Shown in pieces: positions 48,831 through 57,661 of a stretch of 64,000 nucleotides of DNA (position 1 is its first letter; every line of letters starts with the position of its first letter). Origin of the DNA: Escherichia phage vB_EcoM_VR20. The DNA lies in sequence record NC_028894.1; one strand, given 5' to 3'. The translations under genes and the position numbers were made by a program. The notes beneath the pieces are model-generated. The model saw only the letters and a list, made by a program, of their open reading frames with translations. It was not told the DNA's origin and did not search any database.

Positions 48831-51800
48831 ATGGCTACTTTAAAATCAATACAATTTAAAAGAAGTAAAATAGCAGGAGCCAAGCCTACTGCAGCTCAGT
48901 TAGATGAAGGTGAACTGGCTATTAACTTACGCGACCGCACGATTTATACCAAAACCGACCAGAACCAGATTATTGACCTGGGTTTTGCTAAAGGTGGACA
49001 GGTTGATGGTGATATTCTCCAGAACGGCACATTTAACCTCAATGGTAATATGTTCGTTTACGCTGGTAAGTATATTGAATTTTTACCTAAAACTGCCGGT
49101 AATGGTGCCTGGGCTAACCAGCACTTGAATAAAGCTCCTATCTTTGCAGATTTAAGTTCAACTACCTCAGTATCAGAATATCATCCTCTGATTAAGCAAC
49201 GTTATAAAGACGGTACTTTTTCTGCTGGTACATTAGTAAACGAAGGTAGTTTTAAATTCCATTATATTGATGAAACCGGTGATTCGAAATATTGGACTTT
49301 TAATCGAAATGGTAATTTCATCGTAGATTCCGGTAGTATTGAAGTTCGTACCGGTAATATTTCTGCTTCAGGCAATATAAACTCTGCTAATGGTATTATC
49401 ACCGGTCCTGAAATTGTTACTAAAAATATTAATTTTAGTACAAAAACATTTGTAGCTAATGCTAACATTGGATATGATTGGGTTTCTTTACCTACTTGGG
49501 TTTATAACCCACCGGCTGATGGTTCTGATAATACTACTAACGGTTTAAACTATTTGCGTAAATTACGTGCATCAAGTGCATCAAGTATTTTCCATGAAAT
49601 TGCCGATTGCCGAAAAGGCAAGCCACAAGAAATTTCTTGGTGGACCGGTGTAGGTCCGGCATCTTTCCAATGGGCGTTTGATACTAGTGGGCGTATTACT
49701 GCAGGTAAATCTATTTCTGTTGGTCTTCCTGATAGTGGTACAAACGGCCGTTATCCTTTAGATTCTGCGATTTCTATAGGTATTGCCATCGGTGATAACG
49801 ATACAGGTATTAAATGGGTCCGTGACGGCGTTATCGATTTAATGGCCAATGGTATTTCATCTGCAACTATTCTTAATAACGGTATTAATAGTACTAAAAA
49901 ATTGATGGTTGGATATAGTCGAGATTCTGGTTCTACTTGGGATTTCCCAAATAACAACCAAGCAATGTTTACTGCTCGTACTGATATTGATGGCAATAAT
50001 AACGGTGATGGTCAGACTCATATCGGTTATAACAGCAATTCTAAAATGTATCACTATTTCCGTGGCACGGGTCGTATGGCTGTTGGTATGGCCGAAGGGC
50101 TTATTGTTGAACCAGGAATTTTAGATATTAAAACCGGTTCTAATAGCGTTGCTATTAGAGCGGACGGAACAATTAACTCCACCCAGCGTATTTCTATGCG
50201 TACGGGCTTGTTTTTAAATGGTGATGATAATACTAATGCTTTATCGTTTAAAGCGCCTTCTGGTGTTGATGGTACTAAAACTATCAATTGGGACGCAGGT
50301 ATTCGTAACGGTCAAAACAAAAACACTGTAACACTTAAAGCTTGGGGTAACTCCTTTAACGCAGGCGGCGGTAACAGAGAAACTGTATTTGAAGTATCAG
50401 ATTCACAAGGTTATTATTTTTATGCCCAGCGTACAAATCCGGCCGTTGCCGGAGGTATAGGACCTGTCAACTTTAAGTTTAACGGAACTGTTGAAACAGG
50501 CCATATCATAGGCCTTGGTGATATTACTGCTTCCGGTACAGGTTCTTTTGGTGGCAATGTTACCATGACTAATGGCCTGTTTGTCCAAGGTGGTTCTTCT
50601 ATTACTGGCCAAGTTAAAATTGGTGGAACGGCAGATGCATTAAGAATTTGGAATGCTGAATACGGTGCTATTTTCCGTCGTTCAGAAACAGCATTACATA
50701 TTATCCCGACTAATAAAGATGCCGGTGAAAGCGGTGGAATAAGTAATCTTCGCCCATTAAGTATTGGTCTTGATAATGGTATGGTACAAATGCGCCATTC
50801 TGTCACGATAGGCGATAATGGTACTGGCGGTAATATGATTACTGTGGACAACGATAGCAAACTTGTTGTTGTTACTAGTAATAGTCGCATTTCTCCTAAT
50901 TTCCGTATGCAGATAGGACAAGCATCGTATATTGATGCTGAATGTACTGACACAGTTCGCCCTGCGGGAGCTGGTTCTTTTGCTTCACAGAATAATGAAA
51001 ACGTCCGTGCTCCGTTCTATATGAATATTGATAGAGCTGATACTGGTACATATGTTCCGATTTTGAAACAACGTTATGTTCAAGGCAACGGCTGCTATTC
51101 ATTAGGGACTTTAATTAATAATGGTAACTTTAGAGTTCATTATCATGAAGGCGGAGATAACGGTTCTTCAGGTCCACAGACTGCTGATTTTGGATGGGAA
51201 TTTATTAAAAACGGTGATTTTATTTCACCTCGCGATTTAATAGCAGGCAAAGTCAGATTTGATAGAAATGGTAACATCACGGGTGGTTCTGGTAATTTTG
51301 CTAACTTGAACACAACTTTAGACCGCAAAGTTACCACGGGCTGGATTAATTATGTTGATAGTGGTTGGTATAAATTAGCAACAGTAACTATGCCTCAGGG
51401 TGTGGCTACGGCCCAATTTAAAATTACCGGTGGTTCTGGATTTAACGTTGGTATTTTCAGACAAGCAACAATTAATGAAATTGTATTACGCTCGGGTAAT
51501 AATACACCTAAAGGAATTAATGGCGTTTTATGGCAGCGTGAAACGGATGCTATTAAAGACATAGCATATATTAATATCTCTGGCGATGAATATGATGTTT
51601 ATATTAATTGTGGCACCTATTTAAATAGACTTACAATCGAATATAGCACGTCAGAAAATGCTTCAGTAGTAGTTCATGGATTATACGGGCCTACCCAATC
51701 ACCAATAGCAGAACTTCCTGTAGACAGTGTTAAAGGACGCGTTTTTAAACTTCTTAACAATAGCTCAGGTGTTTTTGATGCAGGTAGTTCTAATATTTCT

Positions 51801-52799
51801 ACAAACGCTACATTTGTTGCTAATACAACCATTGGATTCCGTCACAAATCTAATGGTGACGAAAGCGGTTCCGCTGCTACTTTGTTTTATAATGATGGTA
51901 CTACGTTCCACATATTATTAACAGATAAAAATACCGATGCTGATAAAACTAAAGCCTCAGGTTCTTATAATAGCTTGAGACCTTTTTCTATTAATATTGC
52001 TTCCGGTAAAGTAACTATTTCAAACTCTATGAGCGTTTCTGGGTTATCAGAGTTTTATAATGGCCTTAACATCAAAAATAATGGAAGCATTAACTTTGAT
52101 AAATCAGGTACTAACCCGAGAAACATGCGTATATTCCATGCTGGCGATGCTTCTCGTGGAAACCGTATTGAAATAGCTGATGACAGTAGTTACTTGGTTT
52201 ATTTTCAACGTTATGCAGCCGGCGGCATTGTTTGTTCATTTAACAACTCTGATATGACCGGGGTGCAAACTCTTAACGTCGAGACCAAAATTAATACCCC
52301 ACAAATTGGCTCATTTGGCGTTAATACGACCAACGCACTTGGTGGTAACTCGATTGCAATCGGTGATACTGACACTGGTATTAAACAGAGTGGTGATGGT
52401 ATTTTTGATATTATTACTAATGCCGCCCGCCGCATGAGATTCCAGTCAGGTGATACTTATTCGGATATGAATATTAACGCCCCGAACGTTTATATTCGTT
52501 CTGATATTCGTTTGAAATCTAACTTCAAACCTATTGAAAATGCTCTTGACAAGGTTGAACAACTAGACGGTTTAATCTACGATAAAGCAGACTACATTGG
52601 CGGTGAAGTTGTTCATACCGAAGCAGGTGTTATTGCACAGAGTTTAGAAAAAGTATTACCTGAAGCTATTCGTGAAGTTGACGACATTAAAGGTAACAAA
52701 GTTCTTACCGTTTCAACCCAGGCACAAGTTGCTCTGTTAATTGAAGCAGTTAAAACTCTGTCGGCTAAAGTTAAAGAACTTGAAGCAAAACTTAATTAA
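48831..52799 (+). CDS. 37: Long tail fibre distal subunit gp37, T2-type with C-terminal chaperone-like domain
   Basis: 1322 aa; N-terminal half matches recalled T4 gp37; last ~110 aa resemble an intramolecular chaperone domain with coiled-coil end. Confidence 0.85.
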   Translation: MATLKSIQFKRSKIAGAKPTAAQLDEGELAINLRDRTIYTKTDQNQIIDLGFAKGGQVDGDILQNGTFNLNGNMFVYAGKYIEFLPKTAGNGAWANQHLNKAPIFADLSSTTSVSEYHPLIKQRYKDGTFSAGTLVNEGSFKFHYIDETGDSKYWTFNRNGNFIVDSGSIEVRTGNISASGNINSANGIITGPEIVTKNINFSTKTFVANANIGYDWVSLPTWVYNPPADGSDNTTNGLNYLRKLRASSASSIFHEIADCRKGKPQEISWWTGVGPASFQWAFDTSGRITAGKSISVGLPDSGTNGRYPLDSAISIGIAIGDNDTGIKWVRDGVIDLMANGISSATILNNGINSTKKLMVGYSRDSGSTWDFPNNNQAMFTARTDIDGNNNGDGQTHIGYNSNSKMYHYFRGTGRMAVGMAEGLIVEPGILDIKTGSNSVAIRADGTINSTQRISMRTGLFLNGDDNTNALSFKAPSGVDGTKTINWDAGIRNGQNKNTVTLKAWGNSFNAGGGNRETVFEVSDSQGYYFYAQRTNPAVAGGIGPVNFKFNGTVETGHIIGLGDITASGTGSFGGNVTMTNGLFVQGGSSITGQVKIGGTADALRIWNAEYGAIFRRSETALHIIPTNKDAGESGGISNLRPLSIGLDNGMVQMRHSVTIGDNGTGGNMITVDNDSKLVVVTSNSRISPNFRMQIGQASYIDAECTDTVRPAGAGSFASQNNENVRAPFYMNIDRADTGTYVPILKQRYVQGNGCYSLGTLINNGNFRVHYHEGGDNGSSGPQTADFGWEFIKNGDFISPRDLIAGKVRFDRNGNITGGSGNFANLNTTLDRKVTTGWINYVDSGWYKLATVTMPQGVATAQFKITGGSGFNVGIFRQATINEIVLRSGNNTPKGINGVLWQRETDAIKDIAYINISGDEYDVYINCGTYLNRLTIEYSTSENASVVVHGLYGPTQSPIAELPVDSVKGRVFKLLNNSSGVFDAGSSNISTNATFVANTTIGFRHKSNGDESGSAATLFYNDGTTFHILLTDKNTDADKTKASGSYNSLRPFSINIASGKVTISNSMSVSGLSEFYNGLNIKNNGSINFDKSGTNPRNMRIFHAGDASRGNRIEIADDSSYLVYFQRYAAGGIVCSFNNSDMTGVQTLNVETKINTPQIGSFGVNTTNALGGNSIAIGDTDTGIKQSGDGIFDIITNAARRMRFQSGDTYSDMNINAPNVYIRSDIRLKSNFKPIENALDKVEQLDGLIYDKADYIGGEVVHTEAGVIAQSLEKVLPEAIREVDDIKGNKVLTVSTQAQVALLIEAVKTLSAKVKELEAKLN

Positions 52800-52802
52800 C
52801 AA

Positions 52803-52818
52803 GAGGGCTTCGGCCCTC
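52803..52818 (+). other. UUCG stem-loop between genes 37 and 38
   Basis: gagggc-ttcg-gccctc without a strong T-run. Confidence 0.4.
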
Positions 52819-52830
52819 TAAGGATTTTTA

Positions 52831-53619
52831 ATGGCAATTGTAGGTGTTCCTGGTTGGATTGGACAATCTGCCGTAGATGAAACGGGACAACGTTGGATGG
52901 ATGCCGCTATGCGCGATGTGCGAGTTGCAGTACCCGGTTGGATGGGGTCGATGGCAGGACAATCAAAAGAAATTTATCTATCTATAGGGGCTAATAACTC
53001 TTATGATAGAAACTCCCTTATTAACTGGATGAGGGCTCAAGGTGGTGCGCCTGTAGTTATTACAATCACCGGTAACTTAGTATCCAATAGCACCGGTAAC
53101 GCTTGTTTGGAATTTCCTAGCAATCTTCCTAACGCGTATATTCAACTTATCATTAATAGCGGTGTGACTGTTTATGGCCGAGGAGGTAATGGTTCTACTA
53201 ATGGTTCGGCAGGTGGAAACGGTGGTACAGCTATCCATAACGCAGCCGGAACTAAACTCCGTATTCGTAATAACGGCGCTATTGCCGGTGGTGGCGGTGG
53301 CGGTGGCGCAGTATCATTGCAAAATAGCTACCCGACTAATGGTACATGCGGTGGTGGTGGTGGTAGACCATTTGGCGTAGGTGGCAAAATAGGCTCTGAC
53401 GCTATATTGTCCGGTTCGAATGCGTCTTTAACAGCTGCCGGTACAGGTGGTGCTACAGTCCAATATGGTGGAGGTAATGGCGGTAACGTTGGAGCTGGCG
53501 GTGGACGAGGATGGGGCAAAAATGTTTATACCTCTGCAGGTGGCTCAGCTGGTGCTGCTGTCACTGGCAATGCTCCTAACTGGCAAAACGTAGGAACTAT
53601 TTACGGCTCAAGAGTCTAG
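52831..53619 (+). CDS. 38: gp38 receptor-recognising adhesin, T2/T6 type
   Basis: 262 aa; conserved N-terminus MAIVGVPGWIGQSAV.ETGQRWM, poly-glycine blocks, C-terminal GTIYGSRV. Confidence 0.75.
   Translation: MAIVGVPGWIGQSAVDETGQRWMDAAMRDVRVAVPGWMGSMAGQSKEIYLSIGANNSYDRNSLINWMRAQGGAPVVITITGNLVSNSTGNACLEFPSNLPNAYIQLIINSGVTVYGRGGNGSTNGSAGGNGGTAIHNAAGTKLRIRNNGAIAGGGGGGGAVSLQNSYPTNGTCGGGGGRPFGVGGKIGSDAILSGSNASLTAAGTGGATVQYGGGNGGNVGAGGGRGWGKNVYTSAGGSAGAAVTGNAPNWQNVGTIYGSRV
53287..53307 (+). repeat. GGY codon microsatellite encoding poly-Gly inside gene 38
   Basis: ggtggtggcggtggcggtggc seen directly. Confidence 0.6.
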
Positions 53620-53630
53620 TGCAAAAGCAT

Positions 53631-53638
53631 TATAAATA
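53631..53638 (+). promoter_or_regulatory. Late promoter TATAAATA of holin gene t
   Basis: Exact motif about 20 bp upstream of the t ATG, with AAAGGAGAAAAG Shine-Dalgarno. Confidence 0.6.
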
Positions 53639-53656
53639 TCTTTAAAGGAGAAAAGT

Positions 53657-54310
53657 ATGGAACCAAAAGTAGGAATCTCAATACCCGACCTACTTTTTGG
53701 ACTTCTTGATAGAATTTTTAAAGATAATGCAACCGGGAAAGTTGTCTTTTCCCGGGTACTAGTTATTGTTCTATTATTTTTAATGGCGGTAATCTGGTAT
53801 AAAGGTGATGCAATTTTAGATGCGTATAGGGATGCTTCATATGCCTCGTACACAGAAATGATAAGGCAAGACCAGGATAACAGATTTAAAATTGCAGCTA
53901 TCGAGCAAATCCAGATAGTTCACTCATCAAGCGGAGCAGACTTTACAGCGATATATTCCTTTAGACCAACTAACCTTAACTACTTCGTGGATATGGTGGG
54001 GTACGAGGGGATATTACCTGAATCAGTTGACGAAAAAAATTTGGGTGGGTTTCCAATAGATAAGACTTCAGCGGAATATTTGGCGGGGGTTAATGGTAAT
54101 TATTTTGAATCCGGCACGGAATCTGTATTCTTACCAACAAAGAAAAAAAGCAGCTTCGAATATATGTTCAGCTGCCCATTCTTTAATTTGGAAAACGTTT
54201 ACGCAGGCACAGTCTCGTTGTACTGGTATAAGCAAAAACCCGACCTTAGTTTTGATAGGCTTTCTGCTATGTGTGGGCAAGCAGGTCGTACGCTCGGGCG
54301 TACACGTTAG
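53657..54310 (+). CDS. t: Holin T
   Basis: 217 aa (T4 218); single N-terminal transmembrane helix; LFG.LDR.FKDNATGKV matches recalled T4 T. Confidence 0.88.
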   Translation: MEPKVGISIPDLLFGLLDRIFKDNATGKVVFSRVLVIVLLFLMAVIWYKGDAILDAYRDASYASYTEMIRQDQDNRFKIAAIEQIQIVHSSSGADFTAIYSFRPTNLNYFVDMVGYEGILPESVDEKNLGGFPIDKTSAEYLAGVNGNYFESGTESVFLPTKKKSSFEYMFSCPFFNLENVYAGTVSLYWYKQKPDLSFDRLSAMCGQAGRTLGRTR

Positions 54311-54582
54311 AATCCGGAGGTATACATCATCAGATATCGGTGTATATCTTCGAATCCTTCGTTAAATTGTTCAATGATTTGTTCAATTTCATCTTCAGAT
54401 AAACTTTTAAACAACTTGTTAAACGATACATTGTTTAACTCATTACCATTCTCATTCCTTAATCCCAACTCATTCAAAAACGCGATAAACACATCACGCT
54501 TCATCGTAATATCTTCCCGGTCGGTTTTAATCAAAATAGATGTAACGGTAACAATTTCAGAAACGATTTCAAATTTAGTCAT
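54307..54582 (-). CDS. asiA: Anti-sigma-70 protein AsiA
   Basis: 91 aa (T4 90); ..VTSILIK..REDI....FIAFLNE.G and FNEGFE..HRYL.MYT match recalled T4 AsiA. Confidence 0.82.
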   Translation of the reverse strand: MTKFEIVSEIVTVTSILIKTDREDITMKRDVFIAFLNELGLRNENGNELNNVSFNKLFKSLSEDEIEQIIEQFNEGFEDIHRYLMMYTSGF

Positions 54583-54622
54583 TTTAATTTACTCAAGTAT
54601 TCAATAAGACATTCAATTATTC

Positions 54623-54805
54623 AGTAAGGATATTGTACTATTATTCCTCTGGGTTGTACACATGATTTTCCATCTGTACAACATATGTCTGATACATATC
54701 TTCAATTGGTTCCTGGAACTTAAAATCAGCTCCAAGGAATTCCTCAAAGCAAGCTTGCTCGCGTGTACGCTGACCAGTAACGGTGTTCTCTAAGTTATGA
54801 CTCAT
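54623..54805 (-). CDS. Small hypothetical protein, 60 aa
   Basis: ATG overlaps the arn stop (ATGA); open frame found by hand, not in the ORF track. Confidence 0.3.
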
Positions 54806-55098
54806 ATGTTATTCCCCATTTCAATATAATCTTCTAGACCAAAATCATCGATTTCTTCTTGGATTTCTCTTAAAATTTGTTCTTCATCTAAGCCAGCGCC
54901 AAAGGTCACTTTAACATAACCGGGACGTTCACTAGAGAACCGAATTGTGTATTCCGGTTGGATATAGCCAAAACTACTATCCAAATCACAAAGAATTTCT
55001 GCATAGATTTCGTCGCCGACATCAGCATGAATTTTAAAAAGTTCATCAATGAGAATAACTAGTTCAGTTGCTTTGTACGTATGGAGTTTAGTAATCAT
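54802..55098 (-). CDS. arn: Putative Arn, anti-restriction nuclease
   Basis: 98 aa, strongly acidic, next to asiA as in T4; not sequence-verified. Confidence 0.45.
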   Translation of the reverse strand: MITKLHTYKATELVILIDELFKIHADVGDEIYAEILCDLDSSFGYIQPEYTIRFSSERPGYVKVTFGAGLDEEQILREIQEEIDDFGLEDYIEMGNNI

Positions 55099-55207
55099 AG
55101 CCTTTACCCTTGTGTTTCTGCTTGCGATTGGATTCTTTAAAGTTTTTCTTCTTGTCCTTATGGACAGACGCCTTATTGAAATCGTGCTTAGCTACCAAAT
55201 TGTTCAT
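55088..55207 (-). CDS. Lysine-rich micro-ORF, 39 aa
   Basis: MNNLVAKHDFNKASVHKDKKKNFKESNRKQKHKGKGYDY; TTGAGGAAATTAC Shine-Dalgarno; overlaps flanking genes in other frames. Confidence 0.3.
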   Translation of the reverse strand: MNNLVAKHDFNKASVHKDKKKNFKESNRKQKHKGKGYDY

Positions 55208-55469
55208 GTAATTTCCTCAATTGATATTCCAAAGAGCTAATAATTTCTTTATTAGTAGCAATATACATATCACGTAAAAATGGTTTTAAGCCGTTCATAA
55301 TTTTGTGAATATTATCAGGAGAAATATGGTTTATATATTCGTGGTCTAAAGCATCCCAGGCGGGTTGGTTAACATAAGTTCCCCAGTTATCTTCCATCAT
55401 AGCATTCAGACGTTTGATATGATTAATATGACCTTCGATTGCATCAATCTGGAGTTGTTTAAGGTTCAT
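55188..55469 (-). CDS. Hypothetical protein (arn to motA island)
   Basis: 93 aa, ATG start. Confidence 0.5.
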   Translation of the reverse strand: MNLKQLQIDAIEGHINHIKRLNAMMEDNWGTYVNQPAWDALDHEYINHISPDNIHKIMNGLKPFLRDMYIATNKEIISSLEYQLRKLHEQFGS

Positions 55470-55951
55470 TAGTAAAGGTCCTCTGAATAAAGTTCGTCTT
55501 CGCGTCCACCACGTTCAATACGTACCTGGCCTGCATAAGTAGCAATAATCATGGCTTCTTTACGAGTCCAATAATTGCTGTATTGGTCGATAAATCCTTG
55601 GTCGTCACCACATACCTGACATGAAACCACTTTGTCTTCAACTGCATCCAATACTGCAGCCATGTCTTTAGAATAATGACGAGCACCCGGAATAACGAGT
55701 GTTCCACCTTCCTTTAATTTAAAACGGTTCGCTGCTGAAACAATACGTCGTTGGAATTTCTGGTCATTACACCAGTACCCGAGTTCCCAACAGATTTCTG
55801 GGACTTCATCCAGGACATCTTGTTCTGTATATTCACCACCATAAGAAGCTAATTTAGCAGCCAGACTTTCAGGAGTCTCGCGTGACAGAGCCTTATCTAA
55901 CAGAGCTAAACGTTCTTCAAAGGATAATTCTTTACCTTTTAATGGATTCAT
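55469..55951 (-). CDS. Hypothetical protein
   Basis: 160 aa; ATGA overlaps on both sides. Confidence 0.5.
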   Translation of the reverse strand: MNPLKGKELSFEERLALLDKALSRETPESLAAKLASYGGEYTEQDVLDEVPEICWELGYWCNDQKFQRRIVSAANRFKLKEGGTLVIPGARHYSKDMAAVLDAVEDKVVSCQVCGDDQGFIDQYSNYWTRKEAMIIATYAGQVRIERGGREDELYSEDLY

Positions 55952-56295
55952 TTGATATTCACCTTATAACCATTATATTTCACGAATTCATGAATTTTAT
56001 CACCAATACCAATCAGCTCGCCTTTATCAGGAGAAGCTAATTTGATATCAACTGTTTGACATACACCAAACGAAGTTATGGATACTTTTTCTATAGTAAT
56101 AATCTCAAGAAAACGTGATAACTGCATACCAAATTCAAGAGTAACATTATCAATTTGGAGATGAAGGTTATAAATTACCTTAATACCATTCACCAGGGCA
56201 CAGCGCTCATCCCAAGCGTTACGTTGCTCTTCAATCAATTTAAGGGAATGGCCTTCGCCATCCCAATTTAGTTCCATAGGAATCATTTGAACCAA
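55948..56295 (-). CDS. Hypothetical protein
   Basis: 115 aa. Confidence 0.5.
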   Translation of the reverse strand: MVQMIPMELNWDGEGHSLKLIEEQRNAWDERCALVNGIKVIYNLHLQIDNVTLEFGMQLSRFLEIITIEKVSITSFGVCQTVDIKLASPDKGELIGIGDKIHEFVKYNGYKVNIK

Positions 56296-56615
56296 CCTTT
56301 AACACGTTGCCACAGACTTTTCTGTTGAGCTTTATTAACACCAATTGAGCGAATAACTGGTTGTGATTCCTGGTATTCTTTGTAGTCAGCTTTATATACT
56401 TCATATGCTGCTGGAACAAAGGCACCAATCGCTGCCATGAAGTTCTTGCGTGCACCAAATGGAGCTACTGCATCATCTTGGCGGTGGATAAGATACTGAC
56501 CAGCTTTAACCTTGACAATAGTTCCAAGGTAAGCGCCATGATACCAAACATCCCAACCCTCTTGAGTAGGTTCTACACAAGCGCGCAATTCATTAACAAT
56601 ATTCAGCTTATTCAT
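56283..56615 (-). CDS. Hypothetical protein
   Basis: 110 aa. Confidence 0.5.
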   Translation of the reverse strand: MNKLNIVNELRACVEPTQEGWDVWYHGAYLGTIVKVKAGQYLIHRQDDAVAPFGARKNFMAAIGAFVPAAYEVYKADYKEYQESQPVIRSIGVNKAQQKSLWQRVKGWFK

Positions 56616-56622
56616 AATTTCC

Positions 56623-57231
56623 TCACTTTAAGATGTTAATAACATGTTGAATGTTTTCAGTTGACATAACGTTGTCAATGTAGGTATTCAATCCACCCAC
56701 TTTAACGCTAAATCCCACGTCTGTAAACTGTTTTACTATCTTTTGTTCAGTATTATACGCATGCACGCGAATCTGACCATCACGACGAACATCAATCTGT
56801 TTTAATGTCTTGACACGCTTGAACTTCACAATCAGATTGCTGCGGTCTTCTGAAATGCTCTTAAAGTCAATACCAATAGACAACAATTGCTCTTTGATAT
56901 ATTCTGCAGTCGCTTCCATTTCATCAGTCACACCGCGTTTTGTTCTTGTCTTCTTCACTTCCAGAAGGTCGGGATTATTTTCATTCGCCCAAAGTTCAGC
57001 TGCATCCAGAATAAGGTCAACACCTTTTTCTGTAACCATCAAACCATCACCAGAAGCTTCAACATAGTTGTTATTCAACAATGTCTGTACGCTATCAATT
57101 GATGTGTTCTGCTGGTCTAAAACAACCTCTGGACTCACAAAGTTGTTTTTGTATACAAACACCAGAGCATTGACATCAGTCTCATGCAGCGCGTTCTGGG
57201 AGCATTTAACGATATAATTTAACTTGTTCAC
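56623..57231 (-). CDS. motA: Middle transcription activator MotA
   Basis: 202 aa (T4 211); matches recalled T4 MotA (..ASGDGL..TEKG.DLI..AAELWA.EN.P.LL). Confidence 0.85.
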   Translation of the reverse strand: MNKLNYIVKCSQNALHETDVNALVFVYKNNFVSPEVVLDQQNTSIDSVQTLLNNNYVEASGDGLMVTEKGVDLILDAAELWANENNPDLLEVKKTRTKRGVTDEMEATAEYIKEQLLSIGIDFKSISEDRSNLIVKFKRVKTLKQIDVRRDGQIRVHAYNTEQKIVKQFTDVGFSVKVGGLNTYIDNVMSTENIQHVINILK

Positions 57232-57233
57232 AA

Positions 57234-57449
57234 TTATCCCTTAATAGATTTCATGTAATTTGATGCATATGATTGTACCACAGTACGTTTCATATGGGAA
57301 GTAGAAACAATCACATCAATCGCTTGTTTACGTTCTTCTTTAGAATTCGCCAGTTTGAACATGTCAAAGTAATAATAGCAAGCTTCTTTGTTAGATTTGA
57401 ATTTGATGTTGATGTATTCTTGACCTTCATTCTGTTGTGCAGTAAACAT
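57234..57449 (-). CDS. Hypothetical protein (motA.1 position)
   Basis: 71 aa from the internal ATG with GGAGAATAAA Shine-Dalgarno. Confidence 0.5.
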   Translation of the reverse strand: MFTAQQNEGQEYINIKFKSNKEACYYYFDMFKLANSKEERKQAIDVIVSTSHMKRTVVQSYASNYMKSIKG

Positions 57450-57540
57450 TTTATTCTCCAAAGTTTTTGTGATTCAGTGTGTAACTCAGTATGGAATCAT
57501 TATGCATCAGGTCAAGGGAATTGTACACTACTTTTTAAAA
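57450..57540 (-). promoter_or_regulatory. Promoter cassette, near-duplicate of the one at 39723
   Basis: AAAAAGTAGTGTACAATTCCCTTGACCTGATGCATAATGATTCCATACTGAGTTACAC. Confidence 0.5.
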
Positions 57541-57541
57541 T

Positions 57542-57563
57542 AAAAAAGGACCCCGAAGGGTCC
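57542..57563 (-). terminator. UUCG hairpin terminator
   Basis: A-run then ggaccc-cgaa-gggtcc. Confidence 0.55.
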
Positions 57564-57661
57564 TAGTCTTTATCTATCTTATTGCCAATAAACATACCAA
57601 CAATCACACCCGCGATTGCCGCGAAAACACAAAGTAATGCAAACTCCACTCCAAAACTCAT
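57563..57661 (-). CDS. Hydrophobic micro-ORF, 32 aa
   Basis: MSFGVEFALLCVFAAIAGVIVGMFIGNKIDKD; ATG overlaps the gene 52 stop; below the track cutoff. Confidence 0.35.
   Translation of the reverse strand: MSFGVEFALLCVFAAIAGVIVGMFIGNKIDKD

Noticed and set aside
50420-50953. 177-aa minus-strand ORF
   Set aside because: Antisense to the Gly/Thr-rich region of gene 37; an artefact of codon bias.
53283-53520. Repeat-rich DNA in gene 38 as a possible CRISPR or tandem-repeat array
   Set aside because: The repeats are in-frame GGN codons of a poly-Gly protein; there is no repeat-spacer periodicity.
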